Assembly: GCF_964194155.1 (NCBI RefSeq)
Contig: NC_135900.1
Location: 58,280,001-58,344,000, forward strand
Reading direction: 5' to 3'
Source of the DNA: Cetorhinus maximus
Lineage: Eukaryota
DNA: 64,000 bases
Positions 23,989-37,469 of this stretch are shown here, piece by piece. The notes under the pieces are model-generated. The model was not told the origin of the DNA. It saw nothing but the letters and a program-made list of their open reading frames with translations, and did no database searches. The position numbers and the translations under genes are program-made. Numbering within the stretch: position 1 is the stretch's first letter; each line of letters opens with the position of its first letter.

Positions 23989-26900
23989 AAGATATATCTA
24001 TATAGTTTATTGTCTGTCTTTTCCCAATATTTTTATTTATTATTCTATATATTTCTCTCCTTCTATCCCCGAGGTATTTATTTCTCGGTGTATTCCCCCA
24101 TATATTTACTTCACTCTCTCTCTGTCTGTCTATCCACTGTATATTTTTCTCTTTCTGTGTTTATCGCCTATATATTTTCCCTTTCTGTGTCTTTCAACTG
24201 CATAATTCCCTCTATCTCCCAGTTCCCCGCATACGCTTCTCCCTCTCTCCCGGTCCCGCGTGTAAGGTTCTCTCTCTCTCCCAGCCCACGTGTACGCTTC
24301 TCTCTCTCTCTCGCCCCCCCCCCCCCCCCACCGTATACTTCTCTCTCTCTCTCGCCCCCCCTGTATACTTCTCTCTCTCTCTCGCCCCCCCTGTATACTT
24401 CTCTCTCTCTCTCGCCCCCCCTGTATACTTCTCTCTCTCTCTCGCCCCCCCTGTATACTTCTCTCACTCTCTCGCACCCCCCCGTATACTTCTCTCACTC
24501 TCTCGCCCCCCCTTCTATACTTCTCTCTCTCTCGCCCCCCCCTCTATACTTCTCTCACTCTCTCGCCCCCCCTCTATAGTTCTCTCACTCTCTCGCCCCT
24601 CTATACTTCTCTCACTCTCTCGCCCCCCCCATACTTCTCTCACTCTCTTGCCCCCCCCATACTTCTCTCACTCTCTCGCCCCTCTATACTTCTCTCACTC
24701 TCTCGCCCCTCTATACTTCTCTCACTCTCTCGCCCCTCTATACTTCTCTCACTCTCTCGCCCTTCTATACTTCTCTCACTCTCTCGCCCCTCTATACTTC
24801 TCTCACTCTCTCGCCCCTCTATACTTCTCTCACTCTCTCGCCCCTCTATACTTCTCTCACTCTCTCCCCCCTCTATACTTCTCTCACTCTCTCCCCACCT
24901 CTATCGCTCGCGCTCTCCCTCTCTCCCCGCATCGCTCTCCCTGTATCTCTCTCTCTCCCCCCCTGTATCTCTCTCTCTCTCCCCCCTGTATCTCTCTCTC
25001 TCTCCCCCCCTGTATCTCTATCTCTCTCCCCACCTGTATCTCTCTCTCTCTCCCCCCCCGTATCTCTCTCTCTGCCCCCCGTATCTCTCTCTCTCCCCCC
25101 CCCCGTATTCCTCTCTCCCCCCCCCCCCGTATCCTCTCTCCCCCCCTGTATCCCTCTCTCCCCTCCCTGTATCCCTCTCTCCCTCCCTGTATCCCTCTCT
25201 CCCTCCCTGTATCCCTCTCTCCCCCACTGTATCCCTCTCTCTCCCCCCCGTATCCCTCTCTCCCCCCCTGTATCCCTCTCTCTCCCCCCCTGTATCCCTC
25301 TCTCCCCCCCCTGTATCCCTCTCTCTCCCCCCCCTGTATCCCTCTCTCTCCCCCCCCTGTATCCCTCTCTCTCCCCCCCTGTATCCCTCTCTCTCCCATG
25401 TATCCCTCTCTCTCCCCCCCTGTATCCCTCTCTCTCCCCCCCTGTATCCCTCTCTCTCCCCCACTGTATCTCTCTCACTCCCCCTCTCTCCTCCTGTGTC
25501 TCTCTCTTTCCCCCACTGTCTCTCACTCTCTCTCCCCCACTGTCTCTCTCTCTCTCCCCCTCTCTCCTCCTCTGTCTCTCTCTCCCCGTCTCTCTTTCTC
25601 CCCCACTGTATCTCTCTTGCTCTCTTCCCTGTATCTCTCTCGCTCTCTTCCCTGTATCCCTCTCGCTCTCTTCCCTGTATCCCTCTCGCTCTCTTCCCTG
25701 TATCCCTCTCGCTCTCTTCCCTGTATCCCTCTCGCTCTCTTCCCTGTATCCCTCTCGCTCTCTTCCCTGTATCCCTCTCGCTCTCTTCCCTGTATCCCTC
25801 TCGCTCTCTTCCCTGTATCTCTCTCGCTCTCTTCCCTGTATCTCTCTCGCTCTCTTCCCTGTATCTCTCTCGCTCTCTTCCCTGTATCTCGCACTCTCTC
25901 CCCTGTATCTCTCTTTCACCCATATATATTTTTCTCTCTCTTTCACCCTGAATATTTCTCCTTCCTCCTGTATATTTTTCCTCTCTCTCTCTTTCTCCTA
26001 TATATTTTTATTTTTCTCTCTCTATCCCCGACATATTTTTCTTTTTCTCTCTCTCTATATCCCCGACATATTTTTCTTTTTCTCTCTCTCTATTCCGTAT
26101 ATTTTTCTTTTTCTCTCTCTCTCTATTCCCTATATTTTTCTTTTTCTCTCTATTCCCTATATTTTTCTTTTTCTCTCTATTCCCTATATTTTTCTTTTCC
26201 TCTCTCTATTCCCTATATTTTTCTTTTTCTCTCTCTATTCCCTATATTTTTATTTTCCTCTCTCTATTCCCTATATTTTTCTTTTCCTCTCTCTATTCCC
26301 TATATTTTTCTTTTCCTCTCTCTATTCCCTATATTTTTCTTTTTCTCTCTCTATTCCCTATATTTTTCTTTTTTTCTCTCTCTCTATTCCCTATATTTTT
26401 CTTTTTTTCTCTCTCTCTATTCCCTATATTTTTCTTTTTCTCTCTCTATTCCCTATATTTTTCTTTTTTTCTCTCTCTCTATTCTCTATATTTTTCTTTT
26501 TTTCTCTCTCTCTATTCTCTATATTTTTCTTTTTCTCTCTCTCTTTATTCCCTATATTTTTCTTTTTCTCTCACTCTCTATTCCCTATATTTTTCTTTTT
26601 TTCTCTCTCTCTATTCTCTATATTTTTCTTTTTTTCTCTCTCTCTATTCTCTATATTTTTCTTTTTTTCTCTCTCTCTATTCTCTATATTTTTCTTTTTC
26701 TCTCTCTCTTTATTCCCTATATTATTCTTTTTCTCTCACTCTCTACTCCCTATATTTTTCTTTTTCTCTCACTCTCTATTCCCTATATTTTTCTTTTTCT
26801 CTCACTCTCTATTCTCTATATTTTTCTTTTTCTCTCACTCTCTACTCCCTATATTTTTCTTTTTCTCTCACTCTCTATTCCCTATATTTTTCTTTTTCTC

Positions 26901-28572
26901 TCACTCTCTATTCCCTATATTTTTCTTTTTCTCTCTCTCTCTATTCCCTATATTTTTCTTTTTCTCTCTCTCTATTCCCTATATTTTTCTTTTTCTCTCT
27001 CTCTTTACCCCTGTATATTTCTTTCTCTCTCCCTCTCTTTACCCCTGTATATTTCTTTCTCTCTCCCTCTCTTTACCCCTGTATATTTCTTTCTCTCTCT
27101 CTCTTTCCCCCGTATATTTCTTTCTCTCTCTCTCTCTCTTTGCCCCTGTATATATATTTCTCTCTCTCTTTGCCCCTGTATATATATTTCTTTCTCTCTC
27201 TCTCTGCCCCTGTATATATATTTCTCTCTCTCTCTGCCCCTGTATATATATTTCTCTCTCTCTCTGCCCCTGTATATATATTTCTCTTTCTCTCTCTCTT
27301 TGCCCCTGTATATATATTTCTCTTTCTCTCTCTCTTTGCCCCTGTATATATATTTCTCTTTCTCTCTCTTTTTGCCCCTGTATATATATTTCTCTTTCTC
27401 TCGCTCTCTCTTTGCCCCTGTATATATATTTCTCTCTCTCTCTTTGCCCCTGTATACATATTTCTCTTTGCCGCTGTATATATATTTCTCTCTCTTTGCC
27501 CCATATCTCTCTCTCTCTTTGCACCTGTATCTATATTTCTCTCTCTCTCTTTGCCCCTGTATCTACATTTCTCTCTCTCTCTTTGCCCCGTATCTCTCTC
27601 TCTCTCTTTGCCCCGTATCTCTCTCTCTCTCTTTGCCCCGTATCTCTCTCTCTCTCTCTCTCTTTGCCCCGTATCTCTCTCTCTCTCTTTGCCCCGTATC
27701 TCTCTCTCTCTCTTTGCCCCGTATCTCTCTCTCTCTCTTTGCCCCGTATCTCTCTCTCTCTCTTTGCCCCGTATCTCTCTCTCTCTCTTTGCCCCGTATC
27801 TCTCTCTCTCTCTTTGCCCCGTATCTCTCTCTCTCTCTCTTTGCCCTGTATCTCTCTCTCTCTTTGCCCCGTATCTCTCTCTCTCTCTCTTTGCCCCGTA
27901 TCTCTCTCTCTCTCTTTGCCCTGTATCTCTCTCTCTCTCTTTGCCCTGTATCTCTCTCTCTCTTTGCCCGTATCTATATTTCTCTCTCTCTCTTTGCCCA
28001 TGTATATATATTTCTTTCTCTCTCTCTTTGCCCCTGTATCTATATTTCTCTCTTTGCCCATGTATATATATTTCTCTCTCTCTCTTTGCCCATGTATATA
28101 TATTTCTTTCTCTCTCTCTTTGCCCCTGTATCTATATATAGCTCTCTCTTTGCCCCTGTATATATATTTCTCTCTTTGCCCCTGTATCTCTCTCTCTCTT
28201 TGCCCCTGTATCTCTCTCTCTCTTTGCCCCTGTATCTCTCTCTCTCTTTGCCCCTGTATATATAGTTCTCTCTCTCTCTCTTTGCCCCTGTATATATAGT
28301 TCTCTCTCTCTCTCTTTGCCCCTGTATATATAGTTCTCTCTCTCTCTCTTTGCCCCTGTATATATAGTTCTCTCTCTCTTTGCCCCTGTATATATAGTTC
28401 TCTCTCTCTTTGCCCCTGTATATATAGTTCTCTCTCTCTCTCTTTGCCCCTGTATATATAGTTCTCTCTCTCTCTCTCTTTGCCCCTGTATATATAGTTC
28501 TCTCTCTCTCTCTCTTTGCCCCTGTATATATAGTTCTCTCTCTCTCTCTTTGCCCCTGTATCTCTCTCTCTC
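23690..28572. repeat. ~4.9-kb polypyrimidine (CT-rich) compound micro/minisatellite filling NDUFA5 intron 1
   Basis: Successive blocks with units such as ctatacttctctcactctctcgcccc, ctgtatccctctctctccccc, ctgtatccctctcgctctcttcc, ctattccctatatttttctttttctct and ttgcccctgtatatata(g)ttctctctc. Confidence 0.97.
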
Positions 28573-28586
28573 TGACCTCCACTCAC

Positions 28587-28607
28587 TTTCTTCAGGATTC
28601 CAGCCAT
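28587..28607 (-). CDS. NDUFA5: NDUFA5 exon 1, coding part (NADH:ubiquinone oxidoreductase subunit A5)
   Basis: ATG MAGILKK|gtgagt; the five exons join in phase 0 to 7+15+39+22+33 = 116 aa. Confidence 0.95.
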
Positions 28608-28850
28608 TGTCGCCGCGGTGCACTGTGGGAACGCCTCCAGACCGGTTCATCGAGCTCCGAGTCATCGCGAGACCCAGACGCGATCAGAAGACCTCCGAAC
28701 TCTGAGGGTTGGAGCGACCTTCAGCTTCACCGGTTGGTGGATCAGAGCTGGGCGCGGTTGTGAGGGGGAGGAAGCAGATCTTAATAGGGGCGTAGAGCGG
28801 GAAGTGGATTAGAGACGAATAGTAACGGCTGAGCGCTCGGGGAAGGGGGT
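28608..28850 (-). promoter_or_regulatory. CpG-rich NDUFA5 promoter/5'UTR
   Basis: CpG-dense; catcgcgaga (28663-28672) resembles the BANP/TCTCGCGAGA motif; cgggaagtg (28798-28806) is ETS/GABP-like. Confidence 0.55.
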
Positions 28851-31800
28851 GAAAGGTTATTGGGGGGTCGGCAGGAATGTGGAGTTGAGGCTATAATCAG
28901 ATCAGGTCTGACCTTATCGAATGGTGCAGCAGGCTCAAAGGGCCGAGTGGCCTGCTCCTGCTCCCCATGTTCCGAATCACTGGCTTTGGTGGATCACCGG
29001 AGCCTGTCTGCCTGATTGTGGCTTCAACCTCGCATTCCTGCCTACCCCCAATAACTTTTCACCCCCTTTTGCATCAAGTATCTATCTGGAGTGATTAAAG
29101 TGATTTGGAGATCGGGTGGGGCCTGGGTTTGGGGTAGGGGCTGGGATAGACTGGGCAGGGCTCAAGGTAGAGAGCTCGGGTGGTGGTGCCTGGTGTAGAG
29201 GGGTGGGGCCGCTTACTACCTCCTTCTCAAGGGCAACTTGTGATGGGCAATAAATGCTGGCCCAGCCAGCGAAGCCCACATCCTGTGAATGCATTAAAAA
29301 ATGGGCTAGGACACAAACCCTGCAGAGGGTGGACAGTGTTTGGAGGGAGAGCGATGGACTAAGACTGAACCTGTCCATCTCCGCCAATGTCCCTGAAATG
29401 TCAGCAGCACTGTCTCTGATAGTGATACCCAGTAGTGAGGAATGACTCAAGTGCAAACCCTGCGTTCCTCAGACAAATCTGACCATGGCTCCCTTGGACC
29501 TACTTGATTCTCGCTGAATGGCTAAAAGAATGTGGCTATCTTTCTACCCTCTCCTGTGGTTTGTGCAGGAAACTGGGCTTTTATTTTTGCTTCTTTGTCT
29601 CAAGAAATCTCCTTTCCCACTTTCTCCAGTACTTTGTTAATACAGAACTACATACACACATGTCAACCATCAGCATTTTACAGCCTTGCTTTCCTTTTGC
29701 TGGCAGTGTTTTCCTAACCCAGATCAGCATACAGCATTTGTTTCTTAACTGCCTGATATACTTTTTGTTAAAGACTCCCTGTACTCCCTTGCATTCGTTG
29801 AGTTTTGCAAATGTCAAAAAATGTGCACTGATGTAGAGCTTTCACCTGTAATGAAGCAATAAAGCTGCATGAATCACAACATTTTGTGCATGCTGAGAAT
29901 TTGCCAGTCTGCATGGAGATCAGTAGTGTACTGTTGTGTATTAATGTTAATGGATCTGCTCACTATTTTGCCTTCTGATAGTAAGAAACTTAAAAGCCAG
30001 TTGCAACTTTTAAGAACATCTTTTTATTAATAATAAAATATGTATAATCTCACAAAAGTTGGATGACAGTAAAAACATTTATATAGCAACTTTCACAGCA
30101 TAGATATCTCAAGTGTTTTTGTAGTTAATTATGCATTTTTGAATTTGAGAATAACAAGATCCCACAAACAACAATAAGATACATTGCCAGTCAATCTGCT
30201 TTGCTGATGTTGGTATTGACCACCGCATCTTGCTCTTCAAACATTGACATGGGATCTTTTCCCTTCACTCTGGTTATTTAAAGAATGACATTAAAGAACT
30301 TAGGATGTTCACTTCATTATTTTGAATCAGATTCATTTATTTGAAAACACAGAGAAGATTAGCATGTGCTAAAACTAAGTCTCATTGTCGCCAATTGACA
30401 TGTTAATCACATAGATGCATTTATAAATAGAAACACCATGCCAAAAGAGGAGGAAACATAACACACCACATTTTCCACACAAACTACATGCAGTTCATAA
30501 AGACTACACCTATTTTAACATTTGGCCCAGTTTGGTTTATACTTCATTTCTGGTATTGGTGGTCATCACACTGTTGACTACATCCTTAATTCAAAATCCA
30601 ATCTTAAAAAGTGGATCTGTATCACAAGTAAGTTCCCTTCTACTGTACCATAGGATATTTTGTTTTGGAGGAAATGTTGATGAGCCTGATTTTCCTAATT
30701 AGGAAGTTTCCTTTTGCAAATACGTAAATTCTGTAAGGATAATAATGCCTAGCATTATCATCCCAGAGGATTTATTATTCATAATGTATATTTTAGTCGT
30801 GCATTTTGTTTACTGATTATTTGTTGATGATAAAAATTTCTTAAGTAAGGGCCTTCATCTTTATACTTCATCCATTGTGTAAAGCCAAAAGCAATCTTAG
30901 AAGAAAATAATCTACTCAAAATGTAATACACACAATGACAATTAACTATCACAGTTTGATACAATATATATTTGATTTATGCTAAGATTCAGAGATTATG
31001 TAGAGTTGCTTCCCTACTCTTGCTACATATTGTTGGAATTAAAAGGCCTGTGCAAGTGCACCAGCAGGATAGTGACACAAAAATGTTGCACTTCAAAAGA
31101 GCACACTTTAAAGCGATAAAATGAGGTTTAAAAAGTTAGTCAAAGCGTAATGGTTGCGACGTTGACGGCAGACAGGTGGAAATTAAGGCAATATTGGTGA
31201 GGCTACAGTTGAAATACATGCTGGCGAAGTTAAAATGAAAGTGTAGATCGGTTGTAATGACAGCGAAACTGCCATCATTCACTATCACCTGTGAAACTGA
31301 CAGCAACTTCTGGTGTCAGCACATACGCAATTAAGCACAGAAATCTGGAAGCTGCTGTCAGTCCTTCCCTGCTCCACTGCTGGGTATGCTGTTGATGCCC
31401 CCACAGACATCTTTAGAAATCATTAAATTGCTATTAAAAAGGTTCTGTAAAAGTTATGCCTTAGTAATGAGACATACCATGTCACAACTATTACTCAATG
31501 ACCTCCCTGGCCCTGGAAAACCAATTCTATGTTTGTGGAATGGCAAATTTCTCCATTATAATAACCCCATAGATTTTTAATGCAATTCTTTTTGAAAGTT
31601 TGTTTATGGTATTTCGGTTACAAATGTACATGCCTCAATTTTTATTTTGCTCTCTGAAATTTATTTTAAAAAATGAAGGATAATGCATTTTATTTTGTGG
31701 TTTGCTGTCTATGAGAATACTTCAATGTGATTGGCTGCTTACACTGTGTGTTGGGATATCTGTTTCTGAATGCTGGGAGATCCCATTGACTTGGCACCAG

Positions 31801-32339
31801 ATTCAAATTAAGGTTAAGAAGGTGAAATCGATGCCACAGATATCTTCATGGGCAGGTTTCTTCAAGGCAAATGGCGAGTGCCATTGCTTTGCCACTGACT
31901 GCAAAACCTGGGCTGATGTGAAGTAAGATTGTAAAGAATAACATTAAAGATAAACAAAAAAGTACTTTCCAAAAATAACCAAGGAATCCATAGGCAGGAG
32001 TATTGAGAGAAAAAAAGAGACACGAATAGAGACATTGACTGTAAAGTTGCTAGAAACACCTTGAATAAGATTAATATTTTTTCAAATAGATGCACAGTAG
32101 TGCAAGTGTTAGTCCTCTTGAAAATGGCTGGGTTGCTGAAGCCTGGGAACAATGAACTAGCAAAGCTATCAAATAATTACTACATAACCCAGGAGGAGGA
32201 GAAAATCAGAAATACGATTTCCAGGAATGGCAGAATGAAAAAAAAAACTGATGCAATACGTAGATAACCTCTTTTTGATGGATGAAGTGTCTGTGCCTGT
32301 ATATTTTTGCTCTCTAACCCACAGTTTCATCAATCACAT

Positions 32340-33560
32340 TCAACCAAAAATAAATCCTTTGAACCACAACTTTGATTTATACAACATATGTAAGGGCAGC
32401 ACAAGAAAACTGAATACTGAGCCTAAGCTGGAGATAGGAGGAGGTGTGGCCAAAAACATGGTCAAAGAAGTAGGTTTAAGTACGGTCTTTAATGAGGAAA
32501 GGGAGGCTGTTGGGTTTATGGAAGAAATTCCAGGCCATGGAGTCAAGGCAGCTAAAGGCACAAGCCCAATGAAGGGGTAAAGGGAGCAGGTTGCATAAGA
32601 GGCTGCATGAAAGGAATGGAGAAGCTCCTGAAGAATGGAGATAAGTCTGGGAGGAGAATAGAATCAATGGCAAGGCTACCGTTGTTTGTGGCAGTCAATG
32701 GTGGCTTTGGTCTTACTGATGTTTAACTGGAGTTTTATGTGGAAGTAGTTATGGCTCATCCAAGACTGGATATTGGACAAGCAGTCTGAGTACATGGAGA
32801 CAGTGGAGGGATTGAGGTAGATAGTTAAGAAATAAAGCTAGATATTGTCAGAATATATTTGGTATTGAACCCGAGTCTGTGTTTGATGTCAGCAAGGGGG
32901 TAGTACCTGGATAAGGAAGGGAAGGGGCCAATGATAGATTCTTGGGGAGCTCCAAAGGTAAAGGTAGGAAATAGATGGAACTGTTCTGTGTACAAATAGA
33001 TAGGTAAATATAGAATCAGGCAAGAGGGTAGTCCTACTAAGCTGAGTAATACAGGGGAGGCATTGGAGGAGGATGGTTTGGTTTTCCATGTCAAAGATTA
33101 TGGAGAAGAGGGATAATGCACTATGATCACAATCACAGAGGCTGCGATTTTTGATTTAGTTGGTGCCTTTTCAGTTAAGTGGCAGAGGTAGAAAGGAAAA
33201 CTGGAGATGGGATAGTTTGCAAGAACCAAATGATTTAGGGTGGGTTTTCTGAGAAACTGGTTATGTTGGCATTGTTAACATTGAAGAGGGGGAGCAATAC
33301 CTGAGTTCAGAAAATCACTTAGAATATCAGCATCAGGAGAGGAAGTTGGTGGTCAGCGGTTTGGTAGAAATAGGGTCAAGGGAATAGAGAGGTAGATCTC
33401 AAAGAGTGGGCATAACGGAAAATGGAAACAAGACTAGGAATTGATTCAGGGCTAGGGCAAGCAACAGCATAGGAGAAGGGTTTTGTGGGAGACGGATAGA
33501 AGCAGAAGGGTGTATGAATGGATTGTCTTAAACTTAGTGACCAAGTAGTCCATTAGCTCT
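32340..33560 (-). mobile_element. Old L2/CR1-like LINE fragment
   Basis: Decayed RT-region remnants (FGAPQESIIGP) and an L2-like tail; boundaries approximate. Confidence 0.5.
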
Positions 33561-34100
33561 TTGCACTTTTGGAGTACAAAAATTCTTTATTACATAATGT
33601 CCCTCCTTCTAAAGCCTCCTCAAAATGTAACCCTTTAATCGACTCATTAGTCATGTTCCCTAACTCTTGTCCAATCAATGCTTGTTATCCAATTATTTTA
33701 ATTTCTATAATGTGCTTTGGAGCATGTTATTATATTAAATTGGCATTGTTACTGTAAGAAAGGACAAGATGAAAAACTTTTCAAAGTGAACATAAGTTTA
33801 AAATCCAAGCAGACATAGGTTCAAAGAACAATTGGCGATATTCCTTGGGAGAGAGATTTAGTGAGAAAGTGGGGTAAGTTTATTTTAAAAGGTATAGGCT
33901 TGTGTAAGCGAAATGATCTCTTGTTGCTAAAAGCTCTTATTCTAAATGGCCATTTATAATGTCAGGGAACTCCTCAGTTGAATTCTAGCTTGATAATTCA
34001 TTGTCAGGCATCAGTTTTCTGATACATAAGTTAACCATTACTCTCTTATTTTATCCCTTCCCTGATAGGTCTTGGTGCAGATTGTCCAATTCACAAGATA

Positions 34101-34213
34101 ATGGATGCAACCACTGATTCAATCAACGACCAACTGTCACAGTATGCAATGCAGCTGAGTATTGAAGAGAGTATCGAAGCCAATAATAACTCATCACCTC
34201 AGTACAATGAGAG
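34101..34213 (+). CDS. ASB15: ASB15 first coding exon (ankyrin repeat and SOCS box protein 15)
   Basis: MDATTDSINDQLSQYAMQLSIEESIEANNNSSPQYNE-AG|gtaatt; resembles the ASB15 N-terminal (Y)DIQLSIQESIEA; acceptor at 34068 or 34080. Confidence 0.88.
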
Positions 34214-35579
34214 GTAATTGATGCAAAGCATATTGTGACAAATGATACATCACTCTGACTCCATTTCTCTCTCCCTGTATCTAGGTACCATGCCCTCAGA
34301 TGGTGTTGACAATCATATATTGTCTATGGTTATGATTGGCAAGGTACTGCAGTGATTTTGCCTTTGCTTTCCAAAGGTGGCTGGCCAGGAATCTCTCCTG
34401 CTCTTACCACCTGCCACAGGCATATGTTGGCAGGATTTACAAGTTGATACTCAACCTGTTTGACCACTTTATGAACATACCTTCCATAGCCATCAAGTTT
34501 TAGAGCGGGACTTGAACCCAGACCGTCTGGTTCAGAGGCAGGGATGCTACCCACTGTGCTACAAGACCTTCCTTTGACTCCATTTAGTTTAGCTTAAAAA
34601 ATAGAAAGCAGAGACTAAGGCTAAGGAACAGTTATTCAGACTGGGAGAAGATCGAAAGCAGTGTTCCATATGGGTCAATACTGGGTCCATTGATATTCAT
34701 AATTTACATTAGTGATTTAGATTTGGCAAAAAGCAGTTCAATATCAAAATTTGCAGGTAATACCAAACTTGGGGGTATGGCAAACACCGAGGAAGAATGC
34801 AACATAATATAAGAAGACATTAGAAAACTTGCAGGTTGGGCAGCTAACTGGCAAATGGGATTTTAACACAGATATATTTGAGGTGATGCACTTTGGCAGG
34901 AGAAACCTAAAGCTTGGAAAATAAACTAAAGGCCTGAATGTAGTAGAAGACCAAAGGGACCTAGAGGTACAAGTGAACCAATCATTAAAAACAGAAGATC
35001 AGTAAAACAATTAAAAATGCCAACAAAATATTGGGATTTATTTCAGAATTTGAAAAACGTGAAGTTGTGTTAAACTTGTATAGAATCATGGTGAGGTAGC
35101 ACTTAAGAGGACTGTGCACTGTTCTGGTTTCCAAGCTATAGGCAGAATTTTACATCCTATGGGCGGACGCGTGCCTGACCCGATTGGGCGTAAAATTACG
35201 TGTGTGTCAGCGTCACGCACTTGTGCAATATTTTGATCGGCGGGTACGTGTGGAGCCACACCCGCCATTAATTAACAGGCCATTTAAGGCCCTTAACAGT
35301 CCAACTGATGGCAAATTTTCCTTACCCGTGAAACAGGCAGGTGGCCAGCCAACATTTTCAAAAACCTCATCCAAGAGCAGGATAAAAAGGGTCAGCAGCA
35401 TTGCCAGTGTGAGTAGTGTGGAGTTTTGGTGATAGTTTGCTGCTGGTTGCTTATTGGTACTTGGCAGCCTCATCGCTGTTTGAGGCTTCATTTCAGGACT
35501 TATTGGTGTCTGCAAGGTCTCTGGTGGATTCAGACCGTGTGGACATCCAGGTATAAGACAGTCTTCCGTTATCCTGGTA

Positions 35580-36794
35580 ATGGGGATTGTGGTCTCCGCT
35601 GGAGGCACCTCCTCTGAGGAGGAAGAGAGGGGCAGAAGGGGGAGGAGGCCAGGTGTCCCAATGCAACTTCCAGGGGAGCGACCTGTGGGAGAAGAGGTGC
35701 TGGCACAAGGGGCGCAGGGCCAGCAGATAGTCAAAGGTGGAAGGGGCCGCAAAAGACGCCACTCTCCTGCTGCCAGGGTTTACAGGCAGCAATGCAGCTA
35801 CCTCAATATGTCTGAGATGCAAAGCTGAAGGAGGCTCCGCCTCTCAAGGGAAACCGTCACTGCCATTTGTCAGATGATGGGGCCTGAGATCAGCTCCGAC
35901 TGTGTGGGTTGACACCCCATGCCAGTGGCTCTGTGGGTCACAGTGGCCCTCAATTTCAATGCCTCCGACTCTTTCCAGGGGTCAGTGGGGATCTGTGTGG
36001 AGTCTCCCAATCAGCTGTCCACAGTTGCGTCAAGCTGGTGACAGAAGCTCTGTTCAGGTGGGTCTTGATCTTTATTCTTTACTGTACAGACAAGGCTAGC
36101 CAGGTTGAGCGAGCCAGAGGCTTTGCAGTGATTGCTGGGTTCCCCTGTGCCCAGGGTGCAATCAACTGCACACATATGGCCGTCAAGGCACCGGCCAGTC
36201 AGCCGGGTGCCTTTGTCAACAGGAAGGGCTTCCACTCCATGAACGTGCAGATAGTGTGTGACCACAGGATGCAGATTCTGCAAGTCTGTGCAAGGTACCC
36301 TGGCAGTTCCCATGACACTTACATCCCAGACACTCCCAAGTGCCAAGGGTCTTCAGTGCTCCAGCCCGACTTGATGAATGGCTGCTGGGTGACAAGGGCT
36401 ATCCATTGAAGAGGTGGCTCATGGCGCCTCTTTGCCACCCAAGAACAGAGACAGAGAGCGTTACAAAATGAGTCATGTTTCCACAAGGGCGGTGGTAGAG
36501 AGGACCTTATGACCTCTCAAGATGCATCTCTGATGCCTGGACCATTCAGGGGGAGCATTACAATACCCCCCAGAACGGGTGTCACTAATAGTGGTTGCAT
36601 GCTGCACCCTCCACAATCTGGTACTGGCAAGGGGGGACCCACTGGAGGAAAAGGATTTTAACGCGTTGCACAGGCCACAGATGATGAGTCCAGTAGTGAG
36701 TCCAAAGATGAACATGGTGAGGAGAACACTGAGGGCATGGAGCTGGACCTTGGTAACCTGCAGGGACACCTTGATCCAATGCTCCTTTAGCTAG
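35580..36794 (+). pseudogene. Harbinger (HARBI1-like) DDE transposase, frameshifted
   Basis: GAINCTHMAVKAP..FVNRKGFHSMNVQIVCD..CARYPGSSHD, LLGDKGYPLKRWLM, IVVACCTLHNL; split over several frames. Confidence 0.9.
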
Positions 36795-36800
36795 GCTAAT

Positions 36801-37155
36801 GGGGAGGCGGTGGTATAATGGTATTGTCACTTGACTGATATTTCAGAGACCCAGGTTAATACTCCAGGGACCTGGGTTCAATCCCACCACAGCAGATGGT
36901 GGAATTTGAATTCAATAAATATCTGGAATTAAGGGTCCATGAAACCATTGTCGATTGTTGTAAAAACCCATCTGGTTCACTAATGTCCTTTAGGGAAGGA
37001 AACCTGCCATCCTCACCTGGTCTGGCCTACATGTGACTCCAGACCCACAGCAATGTGGTAGACTCTTAAAAATGCCCTCTCAACAAGGGCAACTAGGGAT
37101 GGGCAATAAATGCTAGCCAGTGACGCCCACATCCCGTGAGTGAATTAAAAAAAAA
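36801..37155 (+). mobile_element. Near full-length tRNA-derived SINE nested in the Harbinger element
   Basis: A-box-like ggtggtataatgg, B-box-like gggttcaatccc, body shared with other copies, A-tail. Confidence 0.85.
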
Positions 37156-37469
37156 GCTACCAAAGATCAGCTTCACCTGCATGCCAGGGCTGCAGCCTCC
37201 ATCCCAGATGTCTGAAAGGACCCTTTCATTTGAACACAAAGAACACTCGGTGCCTATGCAATAAAGTTCAGAGCCACCTGCATCTAGCATTACATACTGG
37301 CATTCCCCAGCACCAATTTTGTCAGGCCATGACGACAAAAACACAATTTATCGCATTCTGACAGTTCAATAGTATCTACATAAACATGCCTGGTCTTCAA
37401 CCCGTGACCAGTATACATAACGTCAACATAAATGAACATAAAATCATCGATGACCTGTCCCTCTTGTGC

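Noticed and set aside
23628-28665. Very long ORFs (up to 1205 aa) rich in S/L/P/Y or R/E/G
   Set aside because: Translations of the CT-rich repeat in many overlapping frames; no domain content; located in an intron
35909-36409. Domesticated HARBI1 gene
   Set aside because: Frameshifts and stops, flanked by TIRs and a TSD, and paired with a Myb-like gene; this is a transposon relic
36801-36895. tRNA gene
   Set aside because: A/B boxes belong to a SINE head followed by the SINE body and A-tail
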